The notes under the pieces: model-generated
Database searches by the model: none
What the model saw: the letters and a program-made list of their open reading frames with translations, nothing else
Told to the model about the DNA's origin: nothing
From: a virus
Taxonomy: Duplodnaviria > Caudoviricetes
DNA length: 64,000 nucleotides
Reading direction: 5' to 3' (one strand)
Virus record (IMG/VR): IMGVR_UViG_3300035112_000003
Coordinates: 799-64,798 of that record
Part shown: positions 19,101-28,811 of the stretch, in pieces
Layout: the number at the start of each line of letters is the position of its first letter
How positions within the stretch are numbered: position 1 is the stretch's first letter
Program-made: the position numbers and the translations under genes

Positions 19101-21462
19101 TCTTTTTAGCTTCCTTCGCTGCTTCTTCAGCGGTTTGTAACCCCCTTTCTACTTCACTTGTTATGATTTTGGCTTTATTATTATCGGCGATATACTGTCC
19201 TAATTTATGCGCCTCTTGCTTCCCTTCTTCAGTTAATGGGGATGGCCCTATGCCATTTTCTTTACCGGCAGCAGTTTTTGTATCTTCCCCGTGTTCGCTT
19301 ACTTCTACATGGCCTACTCGTTCAGCCGATACTTTCCCTGCGCTAACTTCACCGGGCATAATCACCGATACATTCTTTGTTGACTTTATTTCTTTAGGTT
19401 GTTCTCTTGGTGAAATAGTTACAGTTTCGGGGTGTTTTATTTCTCCCGGTTGAATTACTGATACTTTAGGTTGTTCTTTAGGATATAGCTCCTTAGCTTT
19501 ATTTACAATATTTTCTCCAAAAGTTGCTATTGCTATATCTGCCGTATTGGGATCGTGCGCCTTATCCGCTATAGCTTTAAATAGATTCTTTAAATCATTC
19601 TCACTTGCATCTCGCAAAATATGAATATCCATATTTTTAGATTCCTTATCTACCAATTGCTGCAATTCTCCACGCCCCTTCCCGTTAGATAGGTTTACTA
19701 TTTCTTCATTTAGCGTCTTAATTTGTTCTTTTATGTCTGGATGGTATGCCCTATCCGTAGTTTCAAGACTAGCCTCTAATTCGTTTCTTTTTTTAATTTT
19801 ATCCTGAACTTTTAACCGATCAGATTCAGGCACATTGGGCTTTATTGAATTATCAATATCAGCATGTTCTTTTATTGCTTTTTGTGCATTATTGGCTTGT
19901 GCTTCTGTTATATGTCCAGATTGTTTAAGATTATTTAACTCACCTTCTACTGCCTCTTTAGGAACATTCTTAAACGCCTGAAGTATTTGATTATATGTTT
20001 TTGGTTGTAGTGCTTCTGGGAATTTAGCAAGCATCGTCATGCCTACAGTCATTTTCAAGCCACCTATCAATTGCTCCTTCAGTCCTTCGCTTGCATCAAC
20101 TGGCAGCCCTTCTTGTTGTGCCATTAAATTCTTTACTAACTGCCCACTTGCACCAACTGCACCAACGCCTAATCCTTCCAATGTTTTCTTTACAGTTTCT
20201 TGCCCAACTTGCTTCAGTGCATTACCCAATGACTTTTGCAATAAACCTCTATTCAACCCGGTTGGCTGCAATCCAACTTTAGCCCCCAATACGCCCATCG
20301 CTGCACCGCTTAACGCATCAATGTTAGCCTCATTATTAGTGAAGTATACAGCCTCTTGCAGCACTTGACTATCCGACCAATCTGGATGTTGTTTTTTTAT
20401 TGCTGCATAATTTTGCGGCAACGCAGCCCCAAATGTTAGCTTGTACATTTCTGGGGCGGTAATAGCTGTAGCAGCAGCAACGCCAGCTTCAGGGCCAGCG
20501 GCAATGCCGGCAGCAGCGCCACCAATAATCGGCTTTAAGGGTTGCCCTCCTGCCATGCGCCCCATTTCTGCTAATGGTTTGGAAAGCCATCCTTCTTCCG
20601 CAACTGATACAGCCTGATCAGGATCGTATTTTAAGCGCTTATTAATCAGGTCGAGCATGGCTTTTTCATCCCCGGATTTGTAAACACCATAATCATCATA
20701 CGCCTGAACTTTTTCTTTATATCCGGTTGCCAAACTACCTAAAAATCCTTCTGGCTTTACTAATTGGCCGTTTACGATGTCATAATCATATTCTCCTTTA
20801 TTTATCTTATCTATATTAGAAGCTATTTTACTTTCTTTTTCGGGATTATTTTGACGATCCAACCGGTATATATCGGCCTTCAATAAATTGGCTTCAGTAG
20901 GATTTGTTTTCGCTAAGTCTTTTGCTTTTTGCTCTAACCCGCGTCTCATTAAGACAGTGTTATTAGGCATTTCACTTTTGAAACTTTCTACCTCTACTGG
21001 GCTTACATATACATCTTGCTTGTCTTTATGTGCTAATTGTTGTGCTTGAAAATTAACTGGGCCAGCCTCCCTTGGGTTTACTGCTAAGTTCTGGCTTGTC
21101 ACTCTTCCTAATAAATCCTTTTTATGCTCATATAAAAGGTTACGAACACTATTATCAATATCATTAAGATGCGTTTTTATTCTTTCACTCGATTCTGCTG
21201 TTTTTGTATTATGATCATTAACGACATTTGTAGCCACAATGGGTTGCGCTGTCTGCCCCATACTTAACCAATCCGTCATTGGTTTAAAGGCAGCCTGTTG
21301 AGGTTCAGGCTTAGGCTGTTGCTGTGACTGTAACGAACGCAACTTAGCCTCCAATCCTAAAGGATCAGCTTTAGACTTGACTTGTTGTAATTTTTTCTCC
21401 AATCCTAATGGATCAGGATCACCCGTCTGTACTTGGTTATATGTTTCTACTTCTTCTGCCAT
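16135..21462 (-). CDS. Large ejection/cargo (internal virion) protein with an internal histidine-phosphatase-fold domain
   Basis: 1775 aa, mostly helical; DPLGL N-terminal repeats; Ala/Gly TM-like segments; EHGED...PLTEEGKQEA...ITSEVERGLQTA...ES..SF.AR...VVSH pattern. Confidence 0.75.
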   Translation of the reverse strand: MAEEVETYNQVQTGDPDPLGLEKKLQQVKSKADPLGLEAKLRSLQSQQQPKPEPQQAAFKPMTDWLSMGQTAQPIVATNVVNDHNTKTAESSERIKTHLNDIDNSVRNLLYEHKKDLLGRVTSQNLAVNPREAGPVNFQAQQLAHKDKQDVYVSPVEVESFKSEMPNNTVLMRRGLEQKAKDLAKTNPTEANLLKADIYRLDRQNNPEKESKIASNIDKINKGEYDYDIVNGQLVKPEGFLGSLATGYKEKVQAYDDYGVYKSGDEKAMLDLINKRLKYDPDQAVSVAEEGWLSKPLAEMGRMAGGQPLKPIIGGAAAGIAAGPEAGVAAATAITAPEMYKLTFGAALPQNYAAIKKQHPDWSDSQVLQEAVYFTNNEANIDALSGAAMGVLGAKVGLQPTGLNRGLLQKSLGNALKQVGQETVKKTLEGLGVGAVGASGQLVKNLMAQQEGLPVDASEGLKEQLIGGLKMTVGMTMLAKFPEALQPKTYNQILQAFKNVPKEAVEGELNNLKQSGHITEAQANNAQKAIKEHADIDNSIKPNVPESDRLKVQDKIKKRNELEASLETTDRAYHPDIKEQIKTLNEEIVNLSNGKGRGELQQLVDKESKNMDIHILRDASENDLKNLFKAIADKAHDPNTADIAIATFGENIVNKAKELYPKEQPKVSVIQPGEIKHPETVTISPREQPKEIKSTKNVSVIMPGEVSAGKVSAERVGHVEVSEHGEDTKTAAGKENGIGPSPLTEEGKQEAHKLGQYIADNNKAKIITSEVERGLQTAEEAAKEAKKITGKEVPIERNELLNTANIGSDEGKPEGTFKEKEWFEGKYRPEGSESPESFKARMEKAYEYVKSLPEDTHVVSHSKVMRALDALSKTDGKWTDETTNIFLNNKELTHAIQEPSTGGVLQHPQEGIGAEGGQRGGMEPSQQGEVTAGTRAQEEGKDTGKEGVAPYPGNMDLPFGEDIGIAHEYRSQRAFDTGESAPVRGEVLEPEQYIERGKELIAQGVDPHQVASDFKNHGKIGVDDISVVRAEYNRLVRETNKAADEFGAGSAEDKAAKAAESKWYNEVVKPMQTVWGGMGREQQGVTDIDTGSFTGIRRYFEQRNEQPMSKAQEGRAKELADKVGSLTKEVEGLKKKLTEAIDKSTGEKEPGKSIKEKADKFADLLREGKTRKPGSFQAATPGSLVWDSALEIMAKTVEAGGTVVQAISDGLSHIKQSDWYKSLSEDKQRDVENDYNKYFKNENDLLTRFADKKDNKFTTEDARDIWDYAKTEYINKGKDFNEMVYGVSKDLGLNPDQVRNAITQPKGTKVISDELYTQQYHQRQAIQQAKAWVKAANTPRVVKALKFVPHLFFRLKTFGHGTVGGITHAGMNIFRPTAWKSYWPSFFKQFNFAFGKAAQYEKAMQDLVNDPEFAKWKRAGLAVDPAEKFDDYQTFDKMLGRLGAAGDRGFNALKVMRLEMAKDEYNRLSAVEKADPEVLKEIATIVNHATGTSKIPVPEAIGTAFFAPRLEASRWSRLITQPVKAIATFTNWKNATAAEKAAAKIVAKRSGEAIATYFAALAANQGLLMATGSKQSVNFTDPKSSDWLKFKFGDRTIDLTGGMASALGFLSKLVAISVESETSLKGKTRTDLLYSSFSKYLRGKLSPFASTAADIATHHDYGGNTLPFSSDKPGPFGHQLTWKEYILNQQTPIPVAEAIKDVTVQMEQRGMSKPQIEQILKGVFVGVMSGGTGVRIGEDYSLMKSGESASNKPARSTVSRERPTRVTRTNPHQKN

Positions 21463-22959
21463 TTATTTGATTATTCCTGCGTCAAGATATTCTTTTATCT
21501 TTTCTTCACTATACAATTTTCTCAATTGATCATGAGTGTATGTTGTACCATTGATATTATACTTTCTGCCTGCCTGATTATTAGCCCCATTGGTAGGCAT
21601 TTTATAGGCTCCCTGCATCGTTCCACCCAATTGCTTTTTAGTCTCCCCTCTATATCCTAGTGATAAATAGGCTTGATCTAAATCCATCGGTTTACTTAAT
21701 TGATCGTCATACTCGATATTCCCATTTGCATCTGTTTGTATTGAAGTCCCTATTTTTTTGCCCGTTTTCGGATCATAATCCTCTTTGTATTTATAAAAGA
21801 CTGGCATTATTTTGTTATCGGGAGTAACAAACACGGCATCTGGTTCTACGTTATTTCTTGCTAACCCTTTCATTAATACAGCATCGGGCTTTATTTCATA
21901 CCCTAACTGTCGCCCTAATGGAGAATTAGCATCAGATAATGATTTTGGCTGCCCCGATTTAGCGGCACTAATTCTTTGATCCCAAAAATTAACAACCCAG
22001 CTATTAGCGGCATCCTGATCTGATTTTTTCAATTGCTTTTGATGCCCAAAACGTATTGCCTCCATTGCTTTCTCACGTCCAAACACATTCTCTCCTTTTT
22101 CATACTCCATTGTTTTTATATCATGATCAAGGATTGTTTTTGCCACGAACGCGTCTCTTGGATTGTCTACATCAGTACCATAATATCTTTTATGGATAGC
22201 ATTCAGTTGATCATGTAAAACTGGATTATGTTGGACTTCTTTAAATGCCTGTACTGCATTGGCTCTCCAATTCCTATCAGTATCATACACATCAGCCGCC
22301 CTATCTCCAAACAATTTCTTGTTCTGTTCGCTGTATTGATGTGTAATTGGAGTTTGAGTTTGAAAGTTGCCAATATTTATTGGGGCTCCGGGTATTTTAT
22401 CAGGCTTTACATCGCCTAAAACATATTTCGTAAATTCTTCCTTTTCTTTTGTTCCAATTGGTTTAGGTGGCAATACCGCCGCAGTCATATCAAATGGCTG
22501 TCTTTTCGGATCACCTATAGGTAAATCATCTGCTGCTATTTTATTTATAATATCCGGGTCATCGAATACATATGAGAAATCCTTGTTGAATTTTAGTTTG
22601 CCTAATTCTTCTTTGTTCTTATACGCCTGCTTACTTTCATTGGTAAGAGCAACCTGATCTTGATAACCAGACATATATTTATTGTAAGCAGCCCCGTTAT
22701 CCAATTTCGGATTAAGGATAGCTGCCTTATTTTGCATATAATGCGCTTGCCATTCTTTATTTTTCTGCAATAATCCTGGTACATCTTGCGAACGCATCCC
22801 AGTAGATGTAATATTCTTCCCTAAGTCCTTAAAGTAGTTCTCTAAAGAATCCTGTTTGGCTTGTTCTCTAGCCATTTGACGCTCGTAGAACGCAAGAAAC
22901 GGTCTTTGATCTAAGACCACAGCGCCACCAGACCATGGGTTAATTGTACTTACAGCCAT
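21463..22959 (-). CDS. Ejection/cargo protein
   Basis: Position between the pilot-like and large cargo genes; hydrophilic, helical. Confidence 0.6.
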   Translation of the reverse strand: MAVSTINPWSGGAVVLDQRPFLAFYERQMAREQAKQDSLENYFKDLGKNITSTGMRSQDVPGLLQKNKEWQAHYMQNKAAILNPKLDNGAAYNKYMSGYQDQVALTNESKQAYKNKEELGKLKFNKDFSYVFDDPDIINKIAADDLPIGDPKRQPFDMTAAVLPPKPIGTKEKEEFTKYVLGDVKPDKIPGAPINIGNFQTQTPITHQYSEQNKKLFGDRAADVYDTDRNWRANAVQAFKEVQHNPVLHDQLNAIHKRYYGTDVDNPRDAFVAKTILDHDIKTMEYEKGENVFGREKAMEAIRFGHQKQLKKSDQDAANSWVVNFWDQRISAAKSGQPKSLSDANSPLGRQLGYEIKPDAVLMKGLARNNVEPDAVFVTPDNKIMPVFYKYKEDYDPKTGKKIGTSIQTDANGNIEYDDQLSKPMDLDQAYLSLGYRGETKKQLGGTMQGAYKMPTNGANNQAGRKYNINGTTYTHDQLRKLYSEEKIKEYLDAGIIK

Positions 22960-22972
22960 TCTATATTCTTAA

Positions 22973-23680
22973 TTAATATGATGCCAACGATTGATTGAAC
23001 GCCATTGGCTGAACACTTGGAATTGCTTCATGGGATGCATAATCGTTCCCGTAATTTGGATTACCTCTACCACTCATACTACTTAATCCACCCGCAGCAA
23101 TTGAATTTGTTTGCCCCCCCCCAAATAAATTAGTGATACCTGAATTTAGCATTTGCGCATATCCTCCTGCCTTTTGCTGTAGAATATCCCTCCTGTTTTG
23201 ATATGGCAACATTTTATTTATGTTAAACGCTTGCCTTTCTTCTGCTCCCATTGCTTGAGACGCAGACCCCAATTGTCCAAATCGCTGATCTTTTTGTTGT
23301 TCAGCCGCAGCAAGTGCTTTTAAAGATGCATCGTTTTGATTTTGAATTAACGCAGACACTCCCCCAAGCATTCTATTACCCGGCTGCTGCTGCAAGGTCG
23401 AAAGACCTTGATTAGTGCCTCTGGCTATACTTTGCGCTTGCATCTTATAGAGATTACTTTGTTCCGGCGACTCCTGATAACGTTGTAGCGCCTGATTATA
23501 ATAATCGCTTATACTCTTTGAGGGGGTATAAATAGGAGTCTGTTGGCTTTCCAATGCTTTTTTCGCTTTTCGGCCACCGAAAAACCCAATAGCAGTTTGA
23601 ATCGCTCCTAATGCAGATTGTTTGTATCCTTGCGACGCTGCCATTAGAGCCTGTATCATTCCACCGTCCATGTCTGCCAT
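22973..23680 (-). CDS. DNA pilot/ejection protein
   Basis: Ala/Gly/Gln-rich, with an N-terminal amphipathic segment ALGAIQTAIGFFGG; follows the muzzle gene. Confidence 0.65.
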   Translation of the reverse strand: MADMDGGMIQALMAASQGYKQSALGAIQTAIGFFGGRKAKKALESQQTPIYTPSKSISDYYNQALQRYQESPEQSNLYKMQAQSIARGTNQGLSTLQQQPGNRMLGGVSALIQNQNDASLKALAAAEQQKDQRFGQLGSASQAMGAEERQAFNINKMLPYQNRRDILQQKAGGYAQMLNSGITNLFGGGQTNSIAAGGLSSMSGRGNPNYGNDYASHEAIPSVQPMAFNQSLASY

Positions 23681-23681
23681 A

Positions 23682-26600
23682 TCATAATGAATTTAATGGT
23701 GAATCTAAATATTTTATCAATACACCCGCTAAAAACGCCGGATTACCTGAATCTTGTGTGCGTAACCGGAATAGAATTTTAATCAATGAGCCTTTAAGAC
23801 TATCACCCGCTGACAAAGAACCAATTGAGTTTACATCATTCCAAAACGCGGCATTGAACTGCCCCTCAGTATTATTGAAATCATCTGTAACTAAATTACT
23901 CTGTTGCGGAGTAGTACCGTAACTATATTGGTTGGTACTTATTTCTGGGCAGTCCCATACAGTATTCGCCAACTCTGTTACACTAATCCACGACTTCTTT
24001 TGCATCAAATGCTCATTGAATACTCTTCTTACCAACGTTTCATATTTTGTCCCATAGAACGTATTCATAGCCCCGCTAGATACTTGGTCGTGTATATACA
24101 TGCGCCCATTAACAAATGAATATAATACATTCTCTGCACAAATAATATGTTCAGGGGCAAAATCAAAGAACCCGTAAAAGGCATTTCTCCCTTCATCGAA
24201 TGCTAACGTCTCTCCAACAAAACTAGCACTCCCATACGTCCACGGCTGAAATACACAAAGGTATTCACTTGTATTATCTTTCCTTACATTGAAAGCCCCG
24301 GTTATTCTGGATATACCCCCATACGTATATAATCTATCGGTCAAATAATTAGGAACAGTACTCCCAGCATATGTCTGCATTTTATATATTTCTGACAACA
24401 CCGTAACCCCGTCTCTACTTAACCTACATATTACACCTCGTATTGGGTCAGTAAAATAATAAACAAACCCACTTTGAACTAAACTATCTGATTGATTTCC
24501 TAAGCCATAATCCCCCGCATAGTATTGTACATTGTTTTCTGTAATAATGTCTGTAGTAGTTATCAACTGCTGGGTGCCTGCACTATCCGTAATGAATTTT
24601 TTATAAACACCTGTTTGGCCACATTTCCTTTCCTGGAAAAAGGTAAGCAATCTATCCCATGTTTTCATTCTCTTAATAGCTCCGTACATTCTGTCTACGC
24701 TATCAAGATTCTGCGCATAAAACCGATTAGATTTATTGATGTTAGTATCTGATTGATATGCCAAACTCCACCGATACATTGTTGGGAAAGTAACCTGTTT
24801 TGCATTTTCGCTATAAACAAAAGCTCTCCCATTTGAATTAACTGCACTTGAAAAATAATCTGAGAAATTCTTATCAATCATAGGCTGGCCTATACTCTTA
24901 TCGATAGTAAATGTAATGTTAGATGAAATGAATTTAATTGTTCGAACAGACGACCCCTGTGCAAGGAGGAAGATATGATCATCCTCCAAAACTGTGTCTG
25001 TGTCAAATGAAAAGGTATACGACCCAGCGTTCTCAACATTTTGAGAAACGAGATAATGTTTTTCTCCAAATCTATTTTGTATATAGAAATCCCATGCAGA
25101 ACCTACTTGTGCAGTATCGAAAGCCCATGTTATGGAGCCTTTTATCCTAAAGTGTGTCCATAAAACCGCTCCTAAAAACCAACGCCCATCTGTGAACGGA
25201 TTAAATGCAGGCATGCCCACATATGCCTGATTTTGTGTGGTTATATTAGAATCCGGATATGTACTACCTAAGAAATTTATGCCGACTATTAAAAAATCCG
25301 CTCCCATCGCCGTAATTGCCGGCACATTAAACAGAAATTCATTACCAGTTTGAACCACTCTGTTTTTTACATAAAAATCACCCCGATTGAATTCGAATGT
25401 AGCTGGCGTCAAATGATCTGCTGTCTGATTTTGAAGCATCCCTTGATGAAATCTTGTACTCAATGTGGGGTTAGCAATCATATATCGCTCACCATATTCA
25501 AAATACACATCCAGCCCATTAGCCACTGATTGTGCCGGGGTATACATTTCTATAAAATAATTAAAGAATCCATCCCCGAAATCAAACGACCCATCAGTAG
25601 ACGGTAAAAGTATTTTTACAAATTGCCCCGTTCTTGTTTCGCCATTAACAACTGGATTGACTACGGATGCAACTATTTCGAAGTCTTTTGAATTACCATA
25701 TAAATTAGCAGTCCCTCCATCTGAATTATACCTTTTAAAGAATGTAATCCTATCCCCAGCCGTAAATGAATACCCTAACGGCGACCCTGGATTAGCCGCG
25801 ACAAACACATTTAATGACTGTATGCTTATGTATGCATATTTAACTACTCCACTAAGTGATATTAAATCCTTATATGTACGATCACTGATCCATTGTTGGA
25901 AGCTGCTCTTTTTTAAATCTTTAGTTCTTACCCATTGATAATAATACGCCCAATCAGGAGGGACATGATAAATAGATGCAGTAAAAGATGGCTTATTTGC
26001 AAATCCACCACTTTCAGTATATGAAGCTGAATTAACAGAAAATCCATTTGTATACACCACACCATTTGTACGCCCTTTTGCATCAAAATAAACAATCCCC
26101 CATCCATGTTTCCCTAACCAATCATATGCATTTAATCCGGTTTGAGCCAGAACATTGTACGAATAATTAGAAGTTATGAACGTTCTAGCTAACGAAATAT
26201 TCACTTTAGAAATTATCAAATCATTATTACCAGAACTTACAATTGTATATCCTTTAGAAATAGCATTTGCTCTCAACCCTGCTATTATTGCTGCTGAATC
26301 ATCATTTGTATTTAAGGTATATGTTACTGTTGTCCCATCTGTCATGTACACTGTATAGGTATCCAACGAGAAAGATGGAGCTGAAATGATGCCTCTTACT
26401 ACGATATGTATATTACCAATACCGAAACCGCTATCCCCACTCTGATTGGCAACTAATGCACTGAATAAGTTACCATAATAATATGGCCTCACTGAGGGCG
26501 ATATGGAACTAGTATTACCATTGAAAGTAAAGTTAGTCAAATTGGCGTACCCCTCTTTTATATTGCCATATGATAATACATTCCCATTCAACAATGTTTG

Positions 26601-27560
26601 TGCGCCAGCGGTTTGAGGGACTAAATCAAATAACTGAATACTTTCTTCTAAATCAATATAATTATATGCTTTGTCATTATAGAATAAATAAGTACCAAGA
26701 TCATTATCCGATAAACCTTCGACTGATTTATCCAATGATGTTATCAAGAAAAAATCACTGAATGTAACCCCTAAGCTCACAGCGGCCAGAAGCTCTATTT
26801 TCTTTACGTTAGCTGGCCCGGTTTGATAAACCAATGCTATTCGACAATTCTTTGTAGGATCGGAATCAAAACTTTGATCGAATGCTCCTAATGGGATAGG
26901 AACTTCTCCTTGTGATGAAGTGACTGATTTATCCAAATCATCAAATATCCAACGAATTTTAAATTTAAATAGCTTTTTTCTTAGGTTATTGACTGTATTA
27001 GCTGCATCGTTTTCATAAATACAAGTAGGTGGTATATCCGCTGGCTCTTTGGCTACATCTAAATATGTTTTCTTTATTGTTCCATATCCCCCAGACAATG
27101 CCCGTTGAATATTAATTTTCTTTGGCACTCCAAAACTATCTACAAAACAAAGCAAGTCACCTTGCGTACTATCCCCATAAATAATATCAATATTTATTAT
27201 CGGCGTTTGTGTAAATCCTAATACATCGTTATCTGCATTTACTGTTTGTTCGACTATGCGTGACCATTGCGCAGCCAATGTATCATACATGTAAATGGCC
27301 TTATTGTTATCTCCCCGGTAATTGAATACGAATATTCTTTTGCCTATCGGATCATAATACTTCCCTATGGTTAGGTTATTATTGTCGTTAATAAGGAACG
27401 GATTTGTTTTCTGCCTGGTTCCTGGTACATTCTCCAAACGCAGATTCGGAGCGGTTCCTTTGAACTGCCCGTTTCTTAGAACCCGATGATGAATAGCTGG
27501 TATTACCTCATCAGGATCGTCGAAGTTGCAAAAACCACTAAAAGGGAACGCCTGTACCAT
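23682..27560 (-). CDS. Tail stabilisation/muzzle (nozzle) protein, P22 gp10/crAss muzzle-like
   Basis: 1292 aa; N-terminal DDPDEVIP..HRVLRN; GIVYFDAKGR; C-terminal YFTD..RG.I.RL.RDG, TLAFDE and LKG motifs. Confidence 0.8.
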   Translation of the reverse strand: MVQAFPFSGFCNFDDPDEVIPAIHHRVLRNGQFKGTAPNLRLENVPGTRQKTNPFLINDNNNLTIGKYYDPIGKRIFVFNYRGDNNKAIYMYDTLAAQWSRIVEQTVNADNDVLGFTQTPIINIDIIYGDSTQGDLLCFVDSFGVPKKINIQRALSGGYGTIKKTYLDVAKEPADIPPTCIYENDAANTVNNLRKKLFKFKIRWIFDDLDKSVTSSQGEVPIPLGAFDQSFDSDPTKNCRIALVYQTGPANVKKIELLAAVSLGVTFSDFFLITSLDKSVEGLSDNDLGTYLFYNDKAYNYIDLEESIQLFDLVPQTAGAQTLLNGNVLSYGNIKEGYANLTNFTFNGNTSSISPSVRPYYYGNLFSALVANQSGDSGFGIGNIHIVVRGIISAPSFSLDTYTVYMTDGTTVTYTLNTNDDSAAIIAGLRANAISKGYTIVSSGNNDLIISKVNISLARTFITSNYSYNVLAQTGLNAYDWLGKHGWGIVYFDAKGRTNGVVYTNGFSVNSASYTESGGFANKPSFTASIYHVPPDWAYYYQWVRTKDLKKSSFQQWISDRTYKDLISLSGVVKYAYISIQSLNVFVAANPGSPLGYSFTAGDRITFFKRYNSDGGTANLYGNSKDFEIVASVVNPVVNGETRTGQFVKILLPSTDGSFDFGDGFFNYFIEMYTPAQSVANGLDVYFEYGERYMIANPTLSTRFHQGMLQNQTADHLTPATFEFNRGDFYVKNRVVQTGNEFLFNVPAITAMGADFLIVGINFLGSTYPDSNITTQNQAYVGMPAFNPFTDGRWFLGAVLWTHFRIKGSITWAFDTAQVGSAWDFYIQNRFGEKHYLVSQNVENAGSYTFSFDTDTVLEDDHIFLLAQGSSVRTIKFISSNITFTIDKSIGQPMIDKNFSDYFSSAVNSNGRAFVYSENAKQVTFPTMYRWSLAYQSDTNINKSNRFYAQNLDSVDRMYGAIKRMKTWDRLLTFFQERKCGQTGVYKKFITDSAGTQQLITTTDIITENNVQYYAGDYGLGNQSDSLVQSGFVYYFTDPIRGVICRLSRDGVTVLSEIYKMQTYAGSTVPNYLTDRLYTYGGISRITGAFNVRKDNTSEYLCVFQPWTYGSASFVGETLAFDEGRNAFYGFFDFAPEHIICAENVLYSFVNGRMYIHDQVSSGAMNTFYGTKYETLVRRVFNEHLMQKKSWISVTELANTVWDCPEISTNQYSYGTTPQQSNLVTDDFNNTEGQFNAAFWNDVNSIGSLSAGDSLKGSLIKILFRLRTQDSGNPAFLAGVLIKYLDSPLNSL

Positions 27561-27770
27561 TTATTTTTCTCTTGTATCAATCATGTGATAAAATCTTTCA
27601 TCTGATGCTGATGCTTTTATTTTGTCATAATCTACAGCCTCGGCACCCTTCATGCTCTTTATTTCACCTTCGCATTCTTCACATGCTGTAACTCTTATCC
27701 CGCCAACAAAATAAGAAGTTAGTTTATCAGTTCTATGGCCGCATCTGCATATGTATTTTGGTATTGCCAT
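27561..27770 (-). CDS. Small zinc-ribbon hypothetical protein
   Basis: CRCG...CEEC. Confidence 0.5.
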   Translation of the reverse strand: MAIPKYICRCGHRTDKLTSYFVGGIRVTACEECEGEIKSMKGAEAVDYDKIKASASDERFYHMIDTREK

Positions 27771-27772
27771 AA

Positions 27773-28540
27773 TTATATCTTTACGGTTAATCTTGTGTTA
27801 GCCATGCTCCATTCAAATGCTTCTTCAAGGTGTAGTGGCCTGTAACGAGCCCATCCCAATCTTCGCTGATTATAAAACTCGTGTCTCCTATCTCTTTTGT
27901 CTCCCAAATTACCGCGCCTAGATGAAGGAATTGAGCGAATATCCAACCATGCTAACCCGGCTATCATTGCTTCTTTAAACTGAATAGGTATGAAGTATTG
28001 CTGATCTTGTTGTGGACTAGCAATGTATTCCACCATTAAATATGAATAAGAGAACGATTCACCCAATAATATTACACCGTTAGTATTATCCACTTTAAAA
28101 TTGCCAACGAAAGGCGCTCCGCTAGGCATCCCGTACAATGTTGTAAAGCTATTGCCTGTCCAGAAGTTATACCAGATAGGTGTATTGAAAGTAAAGAAGT
28201 TGAATAAGGTATTATCCTGTGTTTTCTGAACTCTATCTGCTGAAAATTCGGCGTAGGTCGTTAGCTTGTCATTGTATTTCAATGGGATTATTTCACCGGC
28301 ATCATTCAATACTCCTATTTTGGAATAATTTAAGTAATCAGATGGCAATGTGACAGTGAAATTTGGATTAACTGGAAGCTTTACTGATTTAATTTGATAA
28401 AAGAAATCTAATCCCAAATCAGTCATGACACGAAATGCCAATTGCCACAATTTAAAATATTTATGGTTTGATTGCTCGCTTTCATCAATGTACCCATTGA
28501 TGGCCTCGTCTATCGTAATCCAAGCCTGATGATCTGCCAT
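27773..28540 (-). CDS. Tail ring/tubular (adaptor) protein
   Basis: LPSDYLNYSKIG motif; P.QFKEAMIA; position before the muzzle gene. Confidence 0.75.
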   Translation of the reverse strand: MADHQAWITIDEAINGYIDESEQSNHKYFKLWQLAFRVMTDLGLDFFYQIKSVKLPVNPNFTVTLPSDYLNYSKIGVLNDAGEIIPLKYNDKLTTYAEFSADRVQKTQDNTLFNFFTFNTPIWYNFWTGNSFTTLYGMPSGAPFVGNFKVDNTNGVILLGESFSYSYLMVEYIASPQQDQQYFIPIQFKEAMIAGLAWLDIRSIPSSRRGNLGDKRDRRHEFYNQRRLGWARYRPLHLEEAFEWSMANTRLTVKI

Positions 28541-28544
28541 ATCT

Positions 28545-28811
28545 TTAGTTTAAAGCGATTATCCAAGATTGATCCAGCAAGAAATGTTTTTCACCACCTA
28601 TTATGATCTCTGTGCCGTGATCCTTAACTCTGTACCCTATCTCTCCCGGCTTTCTATACATTGGATTCTTTTTTGTCCCGGCACCTACTGCTACTATTTG
28701 CACTTTATTGCTATCTTTTTTACAACTATCAGGGACAATAATACCTCCCTCACTAATTGAGTCCCCTTCAAGTGGCTTTACTAAAATTTGATTCCTAATG
28801 GGCTTTATCAT
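28545..28811 (-). CDS. groES: Co-chaperonin GroES-like protein
   Basis: IKPIRNQILVKP...SEGGIIVPD...IVAVGAG...GTEI canonical Cpn10 pattern. Confidence 0.88.
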   Translation of the reverse strand: MIKPIRNQILVKPLEGDSISEGGIIVPDSCKKDSNKVQIVAVGAGTKKNPMYRKPGEIGYRVKDHGTEIIIGGEKHFLLDQSWIIALN

